Shown in pieces: positions 43,272 through 44,887 of a DNA stretch of 44,887 nt. This DNA comes from a virus (taxonomy: Duplodnaviria > Caudoviricetes): IMG/VR virus record IMGVR_UViG_3300037467_000862, positions 1-44,887 of that record, one strand, 5' to 3'. Positions within the stretch are counted from its first letter, which is position 1. Each line of letters begins with the position of its first letter. The notes under the pieces are model-generated. The model searched no databases. It worked only from the letters and a program-made list of their open reading frames with translations, and had not been told where the DNA came from. The position numbers were made by a program, and so were the translations under genes.

Positions 43272-43504
43272 CAATGTTCATGCGTGTTCGGTGGTGCATT
43301 CTCGACAGCGACCACCCTGCGGTTCTCGTTCTGAACGACGAGGACTACCAGCAGCTTAGGCTGACGCTGCCGACGGGTTTTGTGCTTACACCTTCGAGCC
43401 GCATGCGCGAGGCCATCATGGGCGTGCCGCTTGTTCAGCATCCGGTGCGCCGCTCGTATCTGGTGTCTCATCCGCAGGGCGGCCCCGCATTCACCTACGT
43501 GTAG
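43268..43504 (+). CDS. Hypothetical protein
   Basis: 78 aa with ATGA overlap. Confidence 0.55.
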   Translation: MTMFMRVRWCILDSDHPAVLVLNDEDYQQLRLTLPTGFVLTPSSRMREAIMGVPLVQHPVRRSYLVSHPQGGPAFTYV

Positions 43505-43506
43505 CC

Positions 43507-43722
43507 ATGTTCCTCACCGACGACGAACTCGTCCAGCTAACGCGCCGCACGCGCCGCGCATCGCAGCGCATGGTGCTCACGGCCATGGGCATCGAGCACC
43601 GGCCACGGCCCGACGGCTCGCTCGTGGTGCTGCGTTCGCATGTGGAAAAATTGCTTGACGGCGCGTTAGCAGATGCTAAAATTAAGGTTAAGAAAAACGA
43701 ACCGGATTGGAGCAAGGTGTAG
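43507..43722 (+). CDS. DUF4224-family protein, probable excisionase
   Basis: MFLTDDELVQLT...Q...L..MGI...RPDG...EPDW; lies upstream of int. Confidence 0.78.
   Translation: MFLTDDELVQLTRRTRRASQRMVLTAMGIEHRPRPDGSLVVLRSHVEKLLDGALADAKIKVKKNEPDWSKV
43655..43682 (+). promoter_or_regulatory. Promoter and operator embedded in the xis-like gene, facing int
   Basis: TTGACG-N16-TAAAAT with extended TG; TTAGCAGATGCTAA at 43666-43679. Confidence 0.68.
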
Positions 43723-43771
43723 CGGTTCGTTTGTCGCGGCGCATGGGGCGCGGCGATGGATGAAGGGGGAA

Positions 43772-44068
43772 ATGATGGATCGTGAACTTGGCGAAGTGAT
43801 CGCTTATGCAATTGCGGCCTATAAGAAATCGGTGCCGGTGGAGTCGATCTTTGCCGTAACTCCAACGGATGCGAATGGGTATCTTGCCGCCTTCATTGTC
43901 AAGGCCGTCGAATACCACGTGGCAGCCGATGCGAGCGCTAAAGCTGCGGTACTGAAAATCCCCGCCGTGGTGTGGTGGAACGAGAAAGAGAAGCACCCGG
44001 TGTTCAATAACGCCAACGGCGCAGACCTCATTTTGCGTAGTGATGTGCTGAAAGCTCTCGCCGCCTAA
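43772..44068 (+). CDS. Hypothetical protein between the xis-like gene and int
   Basis: AAGGGGGA RBS, start MMDRELG; visibly more AT-rich codons than its neighbours. Confidence 0.6.
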   Translation: MMDRELGEVIAYAIAAYKKSVPVESIFAVTPTDANGYLAAFIVKAVEYHVAADASAKAAVLKIPAVVWWNEKEKHPVFNNANGADLILRSDVLKALAA

Positions 44069-44089
44069 CACCAACCCGCCCGCTTCGGT

Positions 44090-44887
44090 ATGCCCCGCCC
44101 ACGCAAGCCCGAGAATAAGCACCTGCCCGAGCGCTGGCAGCACTACCACGGCGCGTACTTCTACCAGGTGCCGCCGGGGCTTGAATCGCTGTGGGACGGC
44201 AAGAAGAAATTCCGGCTGGGCGCCACGCTGCCGGAAGCCTACAAGGTGTGGGCCGAGCGGGTAGGGCGCAACGAGAACGCCAAAACCGTGGCCGACCTGC
44301 TGGACAGCTACGCCGCCGAGGTGGTGCCGAAGAAGGCCGCGAAGTCGCGCATCGAGAACGCGCGGCATATCGCCAAGTTGCGCGGCATTCTCGGTAAACT
44401 GCGACTGGAAGAGGTCACGCCGCAACTCGTCTACAAGTACGTGCGGGCGCGCAGCGTGAAGAAGACGAACGAGAAGGGCAAGCTGGTGGGCGGTGTGACC
44501 GCTGCCCACCGCGAGGTTGAGGTGCTGTCGCACGCGTTCACCAAGGCCGTGGAGTGGGGCGACATCGCGCGCCATCCGTTTCTCGGCCAGGTGCGGCTTG
44601 AAGGCGAGAAGCCGCGCGACCGCTACGTCGAAGATTGGGAAGTGGTCGAGTGCCTAGCGCTGGCCAGCCGGCGCAAGAAGGGCAGCGTGCTGGCCATCCA
44701 GGCGTACATGCGCATCAAGCTGCTGACGGGGCTGTCGCGCGGCGACCTGCTGCGGCTCGAGCCGCGGCGCCACTTCAAGGACGATGGCATCCACGTGCAG
44801 CGGCACAAGACGGCCGGCAGCACCGGCAAGCGGACCATCTATGAATGGACGCCCGAGCTGCGCGAAGCGGTGGCCATGGCCGAGGCC
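44090..44887 (+). CDS. int: Tyrosine integrase, N-terminal part
   Basis: MPRPRKPENKHLP arm-binding start, core-binding domain, and LLTGLSRGDLL region; open to the window end and continues at position 128. Confidence 0.92.
   Translation, partial: MPRPRKPENKHLPERWQHYHGAYFYQVPPGLESLWDGKKKFRLGATLPEAYKVWAERVGRNENAKTVADLLDSYAAEVVPKKAAKSRIENARHIAKLRGILGKLRLEEVTPQLVYKYVRARSVKKTNEKGKLVGGVTAAHREVEVLSHAFTKAVEWGDIARHPFLGQVRLEGEKPRDRYVEDWEVVECLALASRRKKGSVLAIQAYMRIKLLTGLSRGDLLRLEPRRHFKDDGIHVQRHKTAGSTGKRTIYEWTPELREAVAMAEA
44761..44887. repeat. 127-bp direct terminal repeat (copy 2)
   Basis: Identical to 1-127. Confidence 0.97.

Overview
The window is a complete, circular temperate phage genome of about 44,760 bp. 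Bases 1-127 are identical to 44761-44887, most likely an assembly overlap, and the join falls inside the integrase gene. Gene content and order match BPP-1/BcepC6B-like podoviruses of Betaproteobacteria. The minus arm carries a Cro-like gene, an XF1762/Mom-like gene, AlpA, a DNA methyltransferase, primase-helicase, a putative origin, an HTH protein, TerS/TerL, portal, scaffold, capsid, cement, tail adaptor/nozzle, internal virion proteins, two receptor-binding proteins and lysis genes. The plus arm carries the repressor, a DUF2800 nuclease, a DUF2815 SSB, PolA, VRR-NUC, SNF2 helicase, TraR/DksA, a DUF4224 xis-like gene and the integrase. An intact attP contains the 3' half of tRNA-Arg(ACG) with three IHF consensus sites. 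Signals beyond the gene list are: a six-copy late-promoter motif (GGGTGTGCATACC-N15-[-10]); a TTAGC-N3-TGCTAA operator family whose half-site doubles as an extended -10; a heavily base-paired ~270 nt region between SSB and polA (candidate ncRNA); an origin of inverted GGTCC/GGACC pentamers; paralogous head-to-head repressors; and a 2166-aa ejected protein carrying a ParB-like domain and an HExxH motif. All family assignments are from motif recognition by eye, with no database searches run.
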